NCBI GenBank assembly: GCA_043228905.1
Contig: JBHGNT010000021.1
Span: 10,416,001-10,480,000 of the forward strand
DNA length: 64,000 nt
Reading direction: 5' to 3'
Source: Azolla caroliniana
Lineage: Eukaryota; Plantae; Polypodiophyta
Position 1 is the stretch's first letter. Each line of letters opens with the position of its first letter. Made by a program: the position numbers and the translations under genes. Below the pieces are notes generated by a model, which saw nothing but the letters and a program-made list of their open reading frames with translations, was not told where the DNA came from and did not search any database. Shown in pieces: positions 50,401 through 62,094 of this stretch.

Positions 50401-50530
50401 CAGCACCATAAAGGCACACGTTTATACAAGGTAAGTGCACATGATGCACTTCGCTGATGCCACTAACTTCTCCGGTTTTCTCACTATGGTCGTGAATCTT
50501 CACGACAACATCGGGTTTACCAAATTATGA

Positions 50531-52528
50531 TGTTGTAAAGTGACCCGTGTACATGTGCCACTCGAGTGGGACAAAGGGGGTCTTGGACTACGGAAAACGC
50601 AAGGACTACAAGAGTGATCTTTGACTCCATTGGAGCGTTCGTCTCCCAGGAAGTTCCCTAACATCTACACCCTCCTAGTCCTTATGACCCCCATGCTCCC
50701 GCTCGAGTAGCACACACACGTGATGTCCCATCGTTGTGCGCATGGTGTTACTTGGGTAGGGCAACAACATTCCTAGACTAGGGAGCCTAGAGGGAGAGAC
50801 AAGGCTAACAATTTGATTTAGCTCTATGATCTTTAGCGCTCGTCGAGTTTTACCACTTAGCGAGTGTTGATCTAGTGGAGCAACATTTGACAAGCTTTCG
50901 TCGCCTCCGCTCATCGACATTGAAGTGAATTTCAAGAAAACGTGTAGCGCACTAGCTCAATCAACCAAGATGGGGCTCATTCACCCAATCAAACACCGTT
51001 TAACACACGAATTAGTTGACGATCGCAAGGACTTCTCAATAGAAACCCTTTCGATTTAAATCGAGTTTCAAATTACATTATAATAGAAATAGCTCATGTA
51101 AACACAATGCAAGCATGGGTAAGCGAAACAACTTTGAGATTCTTATAGCAGAGGAGATATGGTGGTGTGCGTCAAACACGAACGCACGAACCACAAATGA
51201 CGAGCACTCGTGCCCACAGGTACACGGACACTAACACGAGGAGCAACAAACACACGAATCGATCATGAACACTACGAACAAGCTGATCACACAAAACACG
51301 AACCACAAACACTAACTCACGTACACGCGAGCGCACGAGCACACGAACACGACCTCACCACAAACGCAACGAGCAATGAGAGACGATCACCCGAGCACAC
51401 AAAAGACAATATGACACATGACCGCACGAGCACCTCACGCACAAACAAAGCCACACGTACACATACACGAGCACACGGAATTGAGACAACCCATAAGAGA
51501 AAAGTGTGAACTTGCCTACACTAACACGAGGAGCAACAAACACACGAATCGATCATGAACACCACGAACAAGCTGATCACACAAAACCCGAACCACAAAC
51601 ACTAACTCACGTACACGCGAGCGCACGAGCACACGAACACGACCTCACCACAAACGCAACGAGCAATGAGAGACGATCACCCGAGCACACAAAAGACAAT
51701 ATGACACATGACCGCACGAGCACCTCACGCACAAACAAAGCCACACGTACACATACACGAGCACACGGAATTGAGACAACCCATAAGAGAAAAGTGTGAA
51801 CTTGCCTACACTAACACGAGGAGCAACAAACACACGAATCGATCATGAACACCACGAACAAGCTGATCACACAAAACCCGAACCACAAACACTAACTCAC
51901 GTACACGCGAGCGCACGAGCACACGAACACGACCTCACCACAAACGCAACGAGCAATGAGAGACGATCACCCGAGCACACAAAAGACAATATGACACATG
52001 ACCGCACGAGCACCTCACGCACAAACAAAGCCACACGTACACATACACGAGCACACGGAATTGAGACAACCCATAAGAGAAAAGTGTGAACTTGCCTACA
52101 CTAACACGAGGAGCAACAAACACACGAATCGATCATGAACACCACGAACAAGCTGATCACACAAAACACGAACCACAAACACTAACTCACGTACACGCGA
52201 GCGCACGAGCACGCGAACACGACCTCACCACAAACGCAACGAGCAATGAGAGACGATCACCCGAGCACACAAAAGACAATATGACACATGACCGCACGAG
52301 CACCTCACGCACAAACAAAGCCACACGTACACATACACGAGCACACGGAATTGAGACAACCCATAAGAGAAAAGTGTGAACTTGCCTAGGCCCCCAGAGG
52401 CAAGTTTACACTTGTCCCTTATGGGTTGTCTCAATTCCTACGATTAAAAGTAATCCTCCCTTCTTTACACTGTCAATTAACCCTCATTTTATACTCGTGT
52501 GCAGAATACTACTGTAGAACTTACCACA
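50531..52528 (-). mobile_element. LTR expanded by an internal 290-bp tandem array, preceded by a decayed tRNA-Trp PBS
   Basis: PBS remnant ACATCGGGTTTACCA at 50508-50522. Starts TGTTGT at 50531, carries the GGGGGTCTTGGACTA motif, probable end TTACCACA at 52528. Confidence 0.6.
51228..52388. repeat. 290-bp CA-rich tandem repeat, 4 near-identical copies
   Basis: Near-identical ORFs at 51506, 51796 and 52086 (period 290). Confidence 0.93.
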
Positions 52529-54610
52529 AGATAATTTATGGCCATGCCCGTAATAGTAGATTTGGTTTCCATGGCCATGGGAGTGGGTCAAATGTAGTAC
52601 TTCGGGCTAGCAAGAGAAGACCTGACAAAGCAAGTAGAAGGAAGAGCCATGAGAAACAAAACGACGGTAATGGTATGTAAGTTCTTGTTTGAAAACATCT
52701 TCTGCCTATATGGTAGCATTGGAAAGATAGTGGTAGATAGGGGAGAGTTGAACGCTCATGAATCTATAGAGCTCTTTGAACAAATCAAACTGAAGTTCTC
52801 CCTCATGATTGCTTATAACCCAAAAGCACGGACGTAAAGTTAAGGCTAACATCAAAGCTTGCGAAGGATGGGTCAGAGACCAGACTCAATTATTGCCTTC
52901 GGCCTTGTGGGGAGACAAAACAGCCCACAATTCGGTGAAAGGGTTCATGCGAGTCAAGCTCATGTACGGACAAAAGTCAATGATGCCCATTGAGGAAACG
53001 ATCACATCATGGGTAGCGATGTCCTGAGAAAATGAGATAAACCGAGAGGATTTTTTGGCAACAAGGATAAGACAAATCAAGAGAAGGCCAAAAGACTTGG
53101 AGTTGCCACTCGAGAGGCTAGAAGTAGCTAACCTCAAGAATAAGACTAGATTACGTTGAATTTTCACAATTGCATCAAGTACTCTACACTCTTGAAGTAA
53201 CCTAAAAATACTTCATTCTTATAGAAGAGGAGAGATGGTGGTGTCGAGTGAAGAACATTAAGCGTCAAACACGAACGTACAAACCACGAATGACAAGTGC
53301 TTGTGCCCACGGGTACACAAACACTAACACGAGGAGCAACAAACAAACAAACCGATCATGAACGCCATGAACAAACCGATCACACGAAACACGAACCACA
53401 AACACTAACTCACGTACACGCGAACACGACCTCACCACAAACGCAACGAGCAATGAGAGACGATCACCCGAGCACACAAAAGACAATATGACACATGACC
53501 GCACGAGCACCTCACGCACAAACAAAGCCACACGTACACATACACGAACACACGGAATTGAGACAACCCATAAGAGAAAAGTGTGAACTTGCCTAGGCCC
53601 CCAGAGGCAAGTTCACACTTGTCCCTTATGGGTTGTCTCAATTCCTACGATTAAAAGTAATCCTCCCTTCTTTACACTGTCAATTAACCCTCATTTTATC
53701 CTCATGTGTAGAATACTATTGTAGAACTTACCACAAGATAATTTATGGTCATGCCCGTAATAGTAGATTTGGTTTCCATGGCCATGGGAGTGGGTCAAAT
53801 GTAGTACTTCGTGCTAGCAAGAGAAGACCTGACAAAGCAAGTAGAAGAAAGAGCCATGAGAAACAAAACGACGGCAATGGTATGTAAGTTCCTTCTTGAA
53901 AACATCTTCTGCCTATATGGTAGCATTGGAAAGATAGTGGTAGATAGGGGAGAGTTGAACGCTCATGAATCTATAGAGCTCTTTGAACAAATCAAACTGA
54001 AGTTCTCCCTCAGGATTGCTTATAACCCAAAGGCACGAACCTAAAGTTAAGGCTAACATCAAAGCTTGTGAAGGATGAGTTGGAGACCAGACTCCGTCAT
54101 TGCCTTCTTTATGCTCAAACAAAACCACCCACAATTCAATGATAGGGTTCATGCGAGTCAAGTTCATGTACAGACAAAAGTCAATGACGCCCATTGAGGA
54201 GACAATCACATCATGGGTAGCGATGTCCTAGGAAAATGAGATAAACCGAGAAGAGTTTTTGGCAACAAGGATAAGACAACTCAAGAGAAGGCCAAAAGAC
54301 TTGGAGTTGCCACTCGAGAGGCTAGATGTAGCTAGGCTCAAGCATAAGACTAGATTACGTTGAATGTTCACAATTGCATCAACTATTTACTCTTGAAGTA
54401 ACCTACAAACACTTCAAAGCAATGAAAATGATAGTCACTAGGCTGTGATGCTTCGAGGACAATAAGCAAATATATCTCTGAAGCCACACTTCACCAACCC
54501 ACATACTCTACAAAAAGACCAGACGCCGTGAGTTATGACACATTTTGCTGTCCTTCGAACACAACAAATTACCCAATTAAACCTGCTCTATTAAATCAAC
54601 CATATCTATC
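52529..54610 (+). pseudogene. Old Gypsy integrase fragment, tandemly duplicated with part of the LTR (~1207-bp period)
   Basis: AREDLTKQVEGRAMRNKTT..CKFLLENIFCLYGSIGKIVVDRGELNA is homologous to the integrase at 1400-1700. ORFs at 52426 and 53633. Confidence 0.85.
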
Positions 54611-55385
54611 TAGGTATAATGACAAAATGAAATGTTAAACACCACATAAGGCCATGAATCAATGGAAAACAATGATCACAGCAACACCAGTGACATATTG
54701 CCTCCACATGATACCTTTGTTACCCAAAATAAAATGGCTGCACCATCCAATACTGTACTAACAAATCCGGAAATCAATTGTGAAGTTCATTAAAGATCAA
54801 CTTCATTATTATCATTATACAATCCTGTATTTAAGTCACACTTTAAATATACCCAAGAACCCAAGCCACAAGAAGATCCCTTCCTTCTTTCCTTTTCTTT
54901 TGACCACGACCCAACCCGAAAATGACTCTCACTTCTCATTCCGGTTTAACATTCACTCCGTTTCTCCCTAGACAGACTCGTCCAGTTTATTTTTTGCTTT
55001 ATCACGCCTGAGTCATGACTTAATCTTCTCTAGTTTCTATGTTGTGCGGATCTCTACCATTTTGCTAAATTATGTCAAATAATACAATCAACTAATAAAA
55101 CAATGGTGATGTTGAATAAGGAATGTGGAATGATAACAAGGTTTGAACAGAGCCTGGCAAGATCATTGGGATACAATAATGCCTTAATAAGATGACAAGG
55201 ACCTCATCCTCCATTAACTTTGAGATGAAGTTGATAAAGAAACATCCCCTTGAAATGAAGCTGATAAAGCAACCAACCGTAATCATTGCTTTCAAATTAC
55301 ATCATTATGCAAAGCAACACCCAATTTGAGAGAGACAAATATTATTCACAAGTTAGAAAACATAGCACAAGACAGACTATAGTCC

Positions 55386-55899
55386 TTAACCGTCCCTCCA
55401 TTGGAACTGGCAGTTATGGTTGCAACACTTATAGAATATCGACATTGGCTCATCAGCAGATCTGATCTGGATTTGCATGAAGTATGCATGTCGGAATGTA
55501 CATTTAGGACAAACAGCTGAAGAACAAAAACATTGTATATATCACCTATCGTTGCATGGGAAATTAAGTAGACAAACATAGAATATTCATAATATAGGGA
55601 TACATGATTTTACCTTCAGTACGATCAACATTTTTCCAAGCTTCCTCTCCACCAAGAACATCATCAACCTCCTTTCTAGATATCTGAAGTTTGCTAGTTA
55701 TCTGTCCATATCAATAGAAATGCAAAGCAAAAGGATAAGTTACAGAACAAACTCTAGATACATGGTGTAAAATCTACATATGCACCTTTCTTTCAATAGG
55801 AAAAACATATGGACAGCTTGGACAGAAAAAACGAAGGCTTCTTCCGAGTGCAGCATGTTCCACCAGCAGCAGATTACCACAAGATGGGCAAAAGTCCAT
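55386..55899 (-). CDS. RPC11: DNA-directed RNA polymerase III subunit C11 (RPC10/POLR3K, TFIIS-like), 3 exons: 55786-55899, 55614-55701, 55386-55516; 110 aa
   Basis: Spliced translation MDFCPSCGNLLLVEHAALGRSLRFFCPSCPYVFPIERK|ITSKLQISRKEVDDVLGGEEAWKNVDRTE|AVCPKCTFRHAYFMQIQIRSADEPMSIFYKCCNHNCQFQWRDG*. GT-AG introns, total 333 nt. Two Zn ribbons, QIRSADEP, and the C11-specific EVDDVLGG motif. Confidence 0.96.
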
Positions 55900-56978
55900 G
55901 TTGATTGCCTGCATTACATGTTTTCAAGTTTGTACATCACTAAAGTGGCAGTCAATACTTGCTTGGAATCATATGTACATGTGTAAGAGAGAGGAAATAG
56001 AGATAAACAAGTTTAAAAGGCTGTTCCTTGAACCCCATTAACTTAAAGTCAAAGTAGGTATTGTCACATTCATACTGGAAGCATGAGACTGTGGTGGTTA
56101 ATTTTTAAGGCCCAAAAATTGTCCTTCACTGCTGGACTAGAGAAAGGCCCACATTTTAGAAGCCAAGTTTTGTTTCAGTGGTAAGGTATTCCCTGCACTC
56201 CAGATGAAGCATCCATCTCCTTGAATCATGGCACATGTGTTAAATTTGCTCCATTTCTAAATCATTACCCAAATCCTGAACGAAATATCTAATCCGTTGC
56301 ATGCAACATATGTCACCACACTATATTGAGTTGACAAATGTTTAATATACATAGTGCATCATGCTAAAAGACGACATTGTCACATTCTAAGATAAAAGGA
56401 ACATACAAATCAACCCACATGGGTATGTGTAACTTGTACATATTCATATCTTCATTACCCTGTTAGAATCTGCAGATGGGATAGAAAACACTCAGGGTTT
56501 GCAATCTTTAGGTACACAAAGCATGAGAGTATAAATGCTCGCAAAATTCCAAGACAATTGACAACAATACTAATTGGTGTTGCACAAACATGATTGCAAT
56601 CACCAGCTGGTATGAGGTTCGCTTGTTTCATTTAATCACGATCCTTCGTACTTATGGCCTATCTAATTTATTCATCATCTGGAAGGGCGACGAATCTAGT
56701 TTACTAAACCGTGAACATGTCAGATCATCTTCAGTGCCCTCTGAATCGACCTTAGACATGAGACTGATCCTTTGTTGACACTTTCTAATTGGATCCTAGA
56801 CCTTCAAATGAACTGTTACAGGTGCAACTGAGTGAATGAGTGACTGACTCAATCTTTTCAGGACGGGAGGAAGGAAAGTTCCACAGTCATCACTGAGCGA
56901 AACGTGTTGTGGATGTCACACGTCTCGTGTGAACGAAGGAAGGTAACCAAAGATCCCATTATGAAATGTTGCGCGCGT

Positions 56979-56979
<1 letters not shown>

Positions 56980-57009
<30 letters not shown>
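56980..57009. repeat. (CA)n microsatellite
   Basis: Direct observation. Confidence 0.9.
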
Positions 57010-57247
57010 ACCGCACTCAAAATTGAGGCGATGGATAACACACAAACCTGCAAATGGATGGGAGTAATATATGCACCTGCTGCTGCTGCTACTGTTGCTA
57101 CAGAACCAGAAAGACGAAAGCGAGGCCTGCTCAATAAATGAGTATAAGGAAGGGCAACAGCTGCCAGCAGCAGCAACAGAAGAAGAAGAAGAGGAAGAAG
57201 AAACAGGCAAGTGTCTAATACTTAATAATGCCACTACACCTAAACTC

Positions 57248-57267
57248 TATGTATGTATGTATGTATG

Positions 57268-57297
<30 letters not shown>
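57248..57297. repeat. (TATG)n microsatellite, with an inverted (TACA)n tract at ~57371-57390
   Basis: Direct observation. Confidence 0.9.
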
Positions 57298-57298
<1 letters not shown>

Positions 57299-58293
57299 TA
57301 ATGTATGTATAGAAAGAAGAGGGAAAGAAAAAAGAAGCAGTAGTTCGTTTTGTCTTTCCCTCTTCTTTCTATACATACATACATACATACGACAAAATGA
57401 TAGCAACATAGATATCGAGAAAACTTTGTCTCCATCCAAAGACCTATCTCCGTACCTCCAATCTTGCTCAAAGTATTAGTAGAGACATGCTACATTCTTC
57501 TCTATTCAGCTTCCATTCATTCACATCTTGAAAAGCGGCGTCGAATATGATGTAAGTTGGCCTTCACATTTCCCTTTCACAATAGGCAAAAACAGCAGTT
57601 CTCGTTGCCCAGTTGTTTAAACTTGCATGTGACTTCGAATCCTATGACTTCCTTTTAAGAACCATGAGCGACACACAGAAGACTTCAAGGTTGAAGCTAT
57701 AGAGGTTGCATGATCACTCATCTGCCCTCGCCACCCACTTTAATGCTTGTGATACTCTTAGTGATGCACATTAATGACAAGGCTCGTCAATTCAATGTCA
57801 CGATGAAAAGTTGAAGCATTCAAATTATAAAGATTGTATTGAAAGGATGGTTGTATTCAAAGTCTTTTGTGATGACTTCTTTTTGCTTTTATGATCAATC
57901 CAAGGAGGGCTTCAACTTTGACCTTGTGGTTAGGAGCCATATATGCTCTAACTAACCGAGCAATTGTAGAAATATTAATTAACATATTTTGTTTCTATGA
58001 TCAATTCAAGGAGGGCTTCAACCTTTGACCCTGTGGTTACTAACCATAGGTCTAAGTAACTGAGCTATTGAAAAAACATTAAGTAACGTTATCACTTTGA
58101 TACTTTTTCAAACCAAGGAGGTTTTCAACCTTTGACCTTATGGTTAACAACCATATGCTCTAACTAACTGAGCTATTGAAGAAACAATAACCTGCATTGT
58201 CCATCATTTACATTGCCTCTTTAATGCTTGTGATACTCTAATGGATTCATCCACCTAAATGAAAAAGGTTTTGTAAAAAGTTACGTGTAGAAA

Positions 58294-59058
58294 CTTGTAG
58301 AAAACTTGTGATACTCTCGCTCCTTTGATGGTTAGTCAATTCGGCTCATTCAAATTATTTGAATCAACTAACTCTGATTCTATTCTCAAGTTGGCGCTCC
58401 CCCTCACCCATTTCGCTCGTGGCTTCAGCTCGTTCGCTCCACTTATACTCCCTTCCGATCTCTCCCTATCGGTTGGTCTTCTCCTAACCATTCTTCCTTC
58501 CGTTCTCCCCCTCAAGTGCAACATGACAAGATGCTCTAGTCCCAGAATCTTGTAGAAAACTTGTGATACTCTCGCTCCTTTGATGGTTAGTCAATTCGGC
58601 TCGTTCAAATTATTTGAATCAACTAACTCTGATTCTATTCTCAAGTTGGCGCTCCCCCTCACCCATTTCGCTCGTGGCTTCAGCTCGTTCGCTCCACTTA
58701 TACTCCCTTCCGATCTCTCCCTATCGGTTGGTCTTCTCCTAACCATTCTTCCTTCCGTTCTCCCCCTCAAGTGCAACATGACAAGATGCTCTAGTCCCAG
58801 AATCTTGTAGAAAACTTGTGATACTCTCGCTCCTTTGATGGTTAGTCAATTCGGCTCGTTCAAATTATTTGAATCAACTAACTCTGATTCTATTCTCAAG
58901 TTGGCGCTCCCCCTCACCCATTTCGCTCGTGGCTTCAGCTCGTTCGCTCCACTTATACTCCCTTCCGATCTCTCCCTATCGGTTGGTCTTCTCCTAACCA
59001 TTCTTCCTTCCGTTCTCCCCCTCAAGTGCAACATGACAAGATGCTCTAGTCCCAGAAT
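58294..59058. repeat. 255-bp tandem triplication of a Copia 3' end (pol stop region and purine tracts)
   Basis: CTTGTAGAAAACTTGTG at 58294, 58549 and 58804. Identical ORFs at 58325 and 58580; the ORF at 58835 starts identically. Confidence 0.92.
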
Positions 59059-59725
59059 CTCCAAAAAGTGTCATCATTTGTTTAGTTCGACAGCCTTGGT
59101 GAAAATGTCGGCTATTTGCCGATCGGTCCAAACATACCTCAGTTCGACCTCACCAGTGAGGACTCGCTCATGCACGAAGTGCTAATGCACTTCTATGTGC
59201 TTGGTGCGACCATGGAAGACAAGGTTCTTCGCCAATTGGATACTACTGATGTTATCACAGTATATTGGTATCAAATTGTAAACTTCTACTTGCAGATCCC
59301 GCAATAGCTGTTTGAGCCATATGACCTCGCATGTTGCGATGAGGGCTCCTTTATTCTCGACCTTTGTGCTAGACAGTGCTACTATTGGCTACTTCTTACT
59401 ACTCCACGCGATCGTCGCGCTCTTAAGGGAGAACGTGTAGTCTGATGTCAATCGGTGATCCGTGATGTTTTCGGCTAAATGAGCATATTTATAGTCAACT
59501 AACTGTTCGACTATGCCATGGCCGATACAGCAACCCACAAATGCTTTGTGCCGCTGACATATCACAATATCCGATGCATACACTGAAGGTGCTCAACTGT
59601 CGGCCTCTGCATGATGTCGTTGATTATGCTGACTGGATAACTGAGGTCTGCCTTGGTGATTGTCAAACATATTAGGCTTCTGAGAATTTGTCAGAATCAT
59701 TTCTCATTGCAAACCGCCCTTGAGT
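59059..59725 (-). pseudogene. Copia RT end / RNase H remnant
   Basis: Minus-strand TIAWSSKK, HGRTKHIEVH*HFVHERV and ADIFTKA. Confidence 0.8.
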
Positions 59726-61060
59726 TGTAAATATTAGCTTACAGAAGCTAACAAACATAACCAGCTCTGCCGGATAGCAATAGAAAACAAACGAAGTTTT
59801 AATGCAAAACTTGGATCACACACAAAGAGTACACGAGAGAGACAGAGAGAGCAGAATAGTAAAAACTCTATTTCAAAAATATTCTGAGAGACTGTACTTG
59901 AAACATTCTACAAACACTTTTTATACATGTCCATAAAGGACTGGTCGAAGTACTGACAAGTACTTCAATGCTTGTACTCAGCTACTGACACTAACTCATA
60001 GGAACATAATTACCTAGTAGTCTAGGAGCGTAGACCTCTAACGGCCCACCGGTTCGCACGTGGGTCCGGCTCTCCTTTCTGGCTCTCTTCTTCGAACATC
60101 GATCTGACCCTTGGTTCCGGATACCGATCGGGCTCTAGCTTATTTAGCCGACCTAGATCAGGTTGAGTTTTGTCTGCTCAACACTTCCCCTCAAGCCCAA
60201 TGTGAGGTCGAATCTCAGTGTCAGTCTTTGCCGATCCTTGCAGTTGGCTTTTCCTGAAGTCTTCTCATCTTGCTCGTGCACCTCGACCTTCTCGGTCAGC
60301 TTGTCTTCTTATAAGGCCCATCTCACCTCCTTCATTGTTGTGACTTCGGCGCTTCTCGACCCGTCGGTTCCTCCATGTCGGTGTTGACTTCTGCTACCTT
60401 CTTGTTCACTTGGCTTTGAGTTGATTCAGCTCCTCTTAATCGAACACCTCTTTCAAATTGGTTGCCTCCGATTTGTTCCAACTCTTGTCCAAAGTGGTTG
60501 ATTCCAATTCTTCTTCCATCTTCAGGCCCTTCACAACATCGGACCATGTCCGAGTCTTGGCCTTCTTCTTTCGGTCGGTTGTGTCCTTCTTGACTCTACC
60601 GTTGTCGTCGCTTGTTCCGACTTGTTCGGATTTGGCTACATTTTCTCCTTGTCTCCCCTTGTTTCAGTTGTTTCCTCCTCTCTAGTTGATTATCCGGTGC
60701 CTTTACCTATTTTCCTGATTTCCGTTTCGGTTTCCTCCTTTTCGTTTCTCCCCCTCTAGTGCGGCACATCGATATGTTGAAGACCAAGCATCTCCGATCC
60801 GTCGGTAACCTGTCGATAACCTGCCGATCCATTCGAACATACCAAAGTTGGACTTCACCGCTAAGGACCCCCTCGCGCACGAAGTGGTAGTGCCCCTCAG
60901 TGTGCTTGATGAGAGCATGAAACACAGGATTCTTAGCAAGCTATATACTGCCAATGTTGTCGCAGTAAATCAGGATTGGAGTCGGTACTTCGATCTGGAG
61001 GCCTTGCAATAGCTGTCGAAGCCATATGGCCTCACAGGTGGCAATGGTGGTGCCCCGATA
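59726..61060 (-). mobile_element. Copia 3' part: RNase H remnant, PPT and 3' LTR (59726-60183)
   Basis: LTR resembles the one at 7710-8115 (TGTAAAT...CTCAACA). PPT CTTCCCCTCAAG adjoins at 60184. FHALIKHTEGHYHFVREGV at 60860-60925. Confidence 0.78.
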
Positions 61061-61094
61061 CTGCCTCAATGCTCTCATGAAGACATACATTTTG

Positions 61095-61980
61095 GCCTTA
61101 CAAGGATTTGAACCCACAACGTCTTGGTCTATATGTTAGATTTTTAACCATTATAATAACATATTTGATGTATAGTTATAATAAATATATTATTAGTTAT
61201 TACAAGATATTTAGAGTATTCTAAAATATTCCATGATCATATTAAATATCATAAATATTTAAAATATTTTGGAACATTCTAGAATACTCCATAAGGACAT
61301 GTAAATAGGTGTCTATTCATTCATCACAACTCATTCGGTTCAACACCAGTCTTTAGCCCTTAGCCCACTCTTTGTAACCTTGTTTTCTCATAATATAATC
61401 ATATTTCCATTCTCTCTCTCTCTCCCCCCTACTCATGAGGCACGACAGTTTGAACCAAATCTCTTTTCTTCTTCTCTTAAACTTATTCAAGCAAATCTAG
61501 CAATTTTCTCTCGTAACTATGGAGTCCGTCAGCAAGCAAGAATATATGCGCGTTCTCTCCGAGCTGGACATGCTAACAACCAAATTCGTGGCCCTGGAGC
61601 ATGAAAATCAAAGATTGCTACGAGACCTACAACAAGTAAATGCTGAGAAAGTACAACAATATGAAGAATTATCTCAACAGGTGCATCAATTGGAGACTAC
61701 TCTATTGCAACGACAAGTGGCGGAAGTGCAAACCTAGCCGAAAGAGCCAGAGATTAGTCTGCCAGCCAAGATTATGGTACAAGGTCTCAATTTTGTGGAT
61801 TTTTAAATCAGGTATGACTTGTGATTAAATTGCATCCTAGCCGTTACCCAACTGGTGTTGCTCACGTGGGACTAATTGGTACCTTGTTAACGGGTACCGC
61901 ATTAGCATGGTTTGCACCACTCCTAGAGAAGCACTCACTATTATTAGAAGACTTTGAAGGGTTTTGTAAAGAAGGTGAGC
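61095..61980 (+). mobile_element. Chromovirus (Tcn1-like) LTR and 5' gag remnant
   Basis: LTR-like AT-rich segment ending CACGACA at ~61447. Coiled-coil ORF 61519-61737, continuing as KEPEISLP..GFLNQV.LVIKLHPSRYPT..VGLIGTLLTGTALAWFAPLLE (PEG10/Tcn1-type gag). Confidence 0.72.
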
Positions 61981-62020
61981 CGTAGATGGTGCTACGCAAT
62001 GGAAGCTAACTTAAAGCAAG

Positions 62021-62024
<4 letters not shown>

Positions 62025-62080
<56 letters not shown>
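62025..62080. repeat. (GA)n microsatellite
   Basis: Direct observation. Confidence 0.95.
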
Positions 62081-62085
<5 letters not shown>

Positions 62086-62094
62086 AAGAAAGAT

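Larger units (their letters stand above)
19635..50507 (-). mobile_element. Non-autonomous Gypsy-type LTR element (decayed gag only) that hosts the giant DNA transposon
   Basis: 5' LTR 49659-50507 (TGTCG...CGACA). Homologous, left-truncated 3' LTR at ~19635-20439 with adjacent PPT (GATGGGGGCGGA on minus, 20440-20451). PBS at 49637-49654 reads TTCACGTCGGGTTCACCA, the 3' end of plant tRNA-Trp. Internal region is repetitive with no pol motifs. Confidence 0.82.

Noticed and set aside
55346-55986. Listed ORFs 55346-55579 and 55780-55986
   Set aside because: They are wrong-frame or antisense shadows of the spliced RPC11 exons.
57880-58190. Three ~110-120-bp degenerate repeats (TTCAACCTTTGACC)
   Set aside because: Old tandem duplication with no identifiable structure or function.
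7710-60183. Pairing LTRs 7710-8115 and 59726-60183 as one element
   Set aside because: The order is wrong: the first is a 5' LTR with its body to the left, the second a 3' LTR with its body to the right. They are also clearly diverged.
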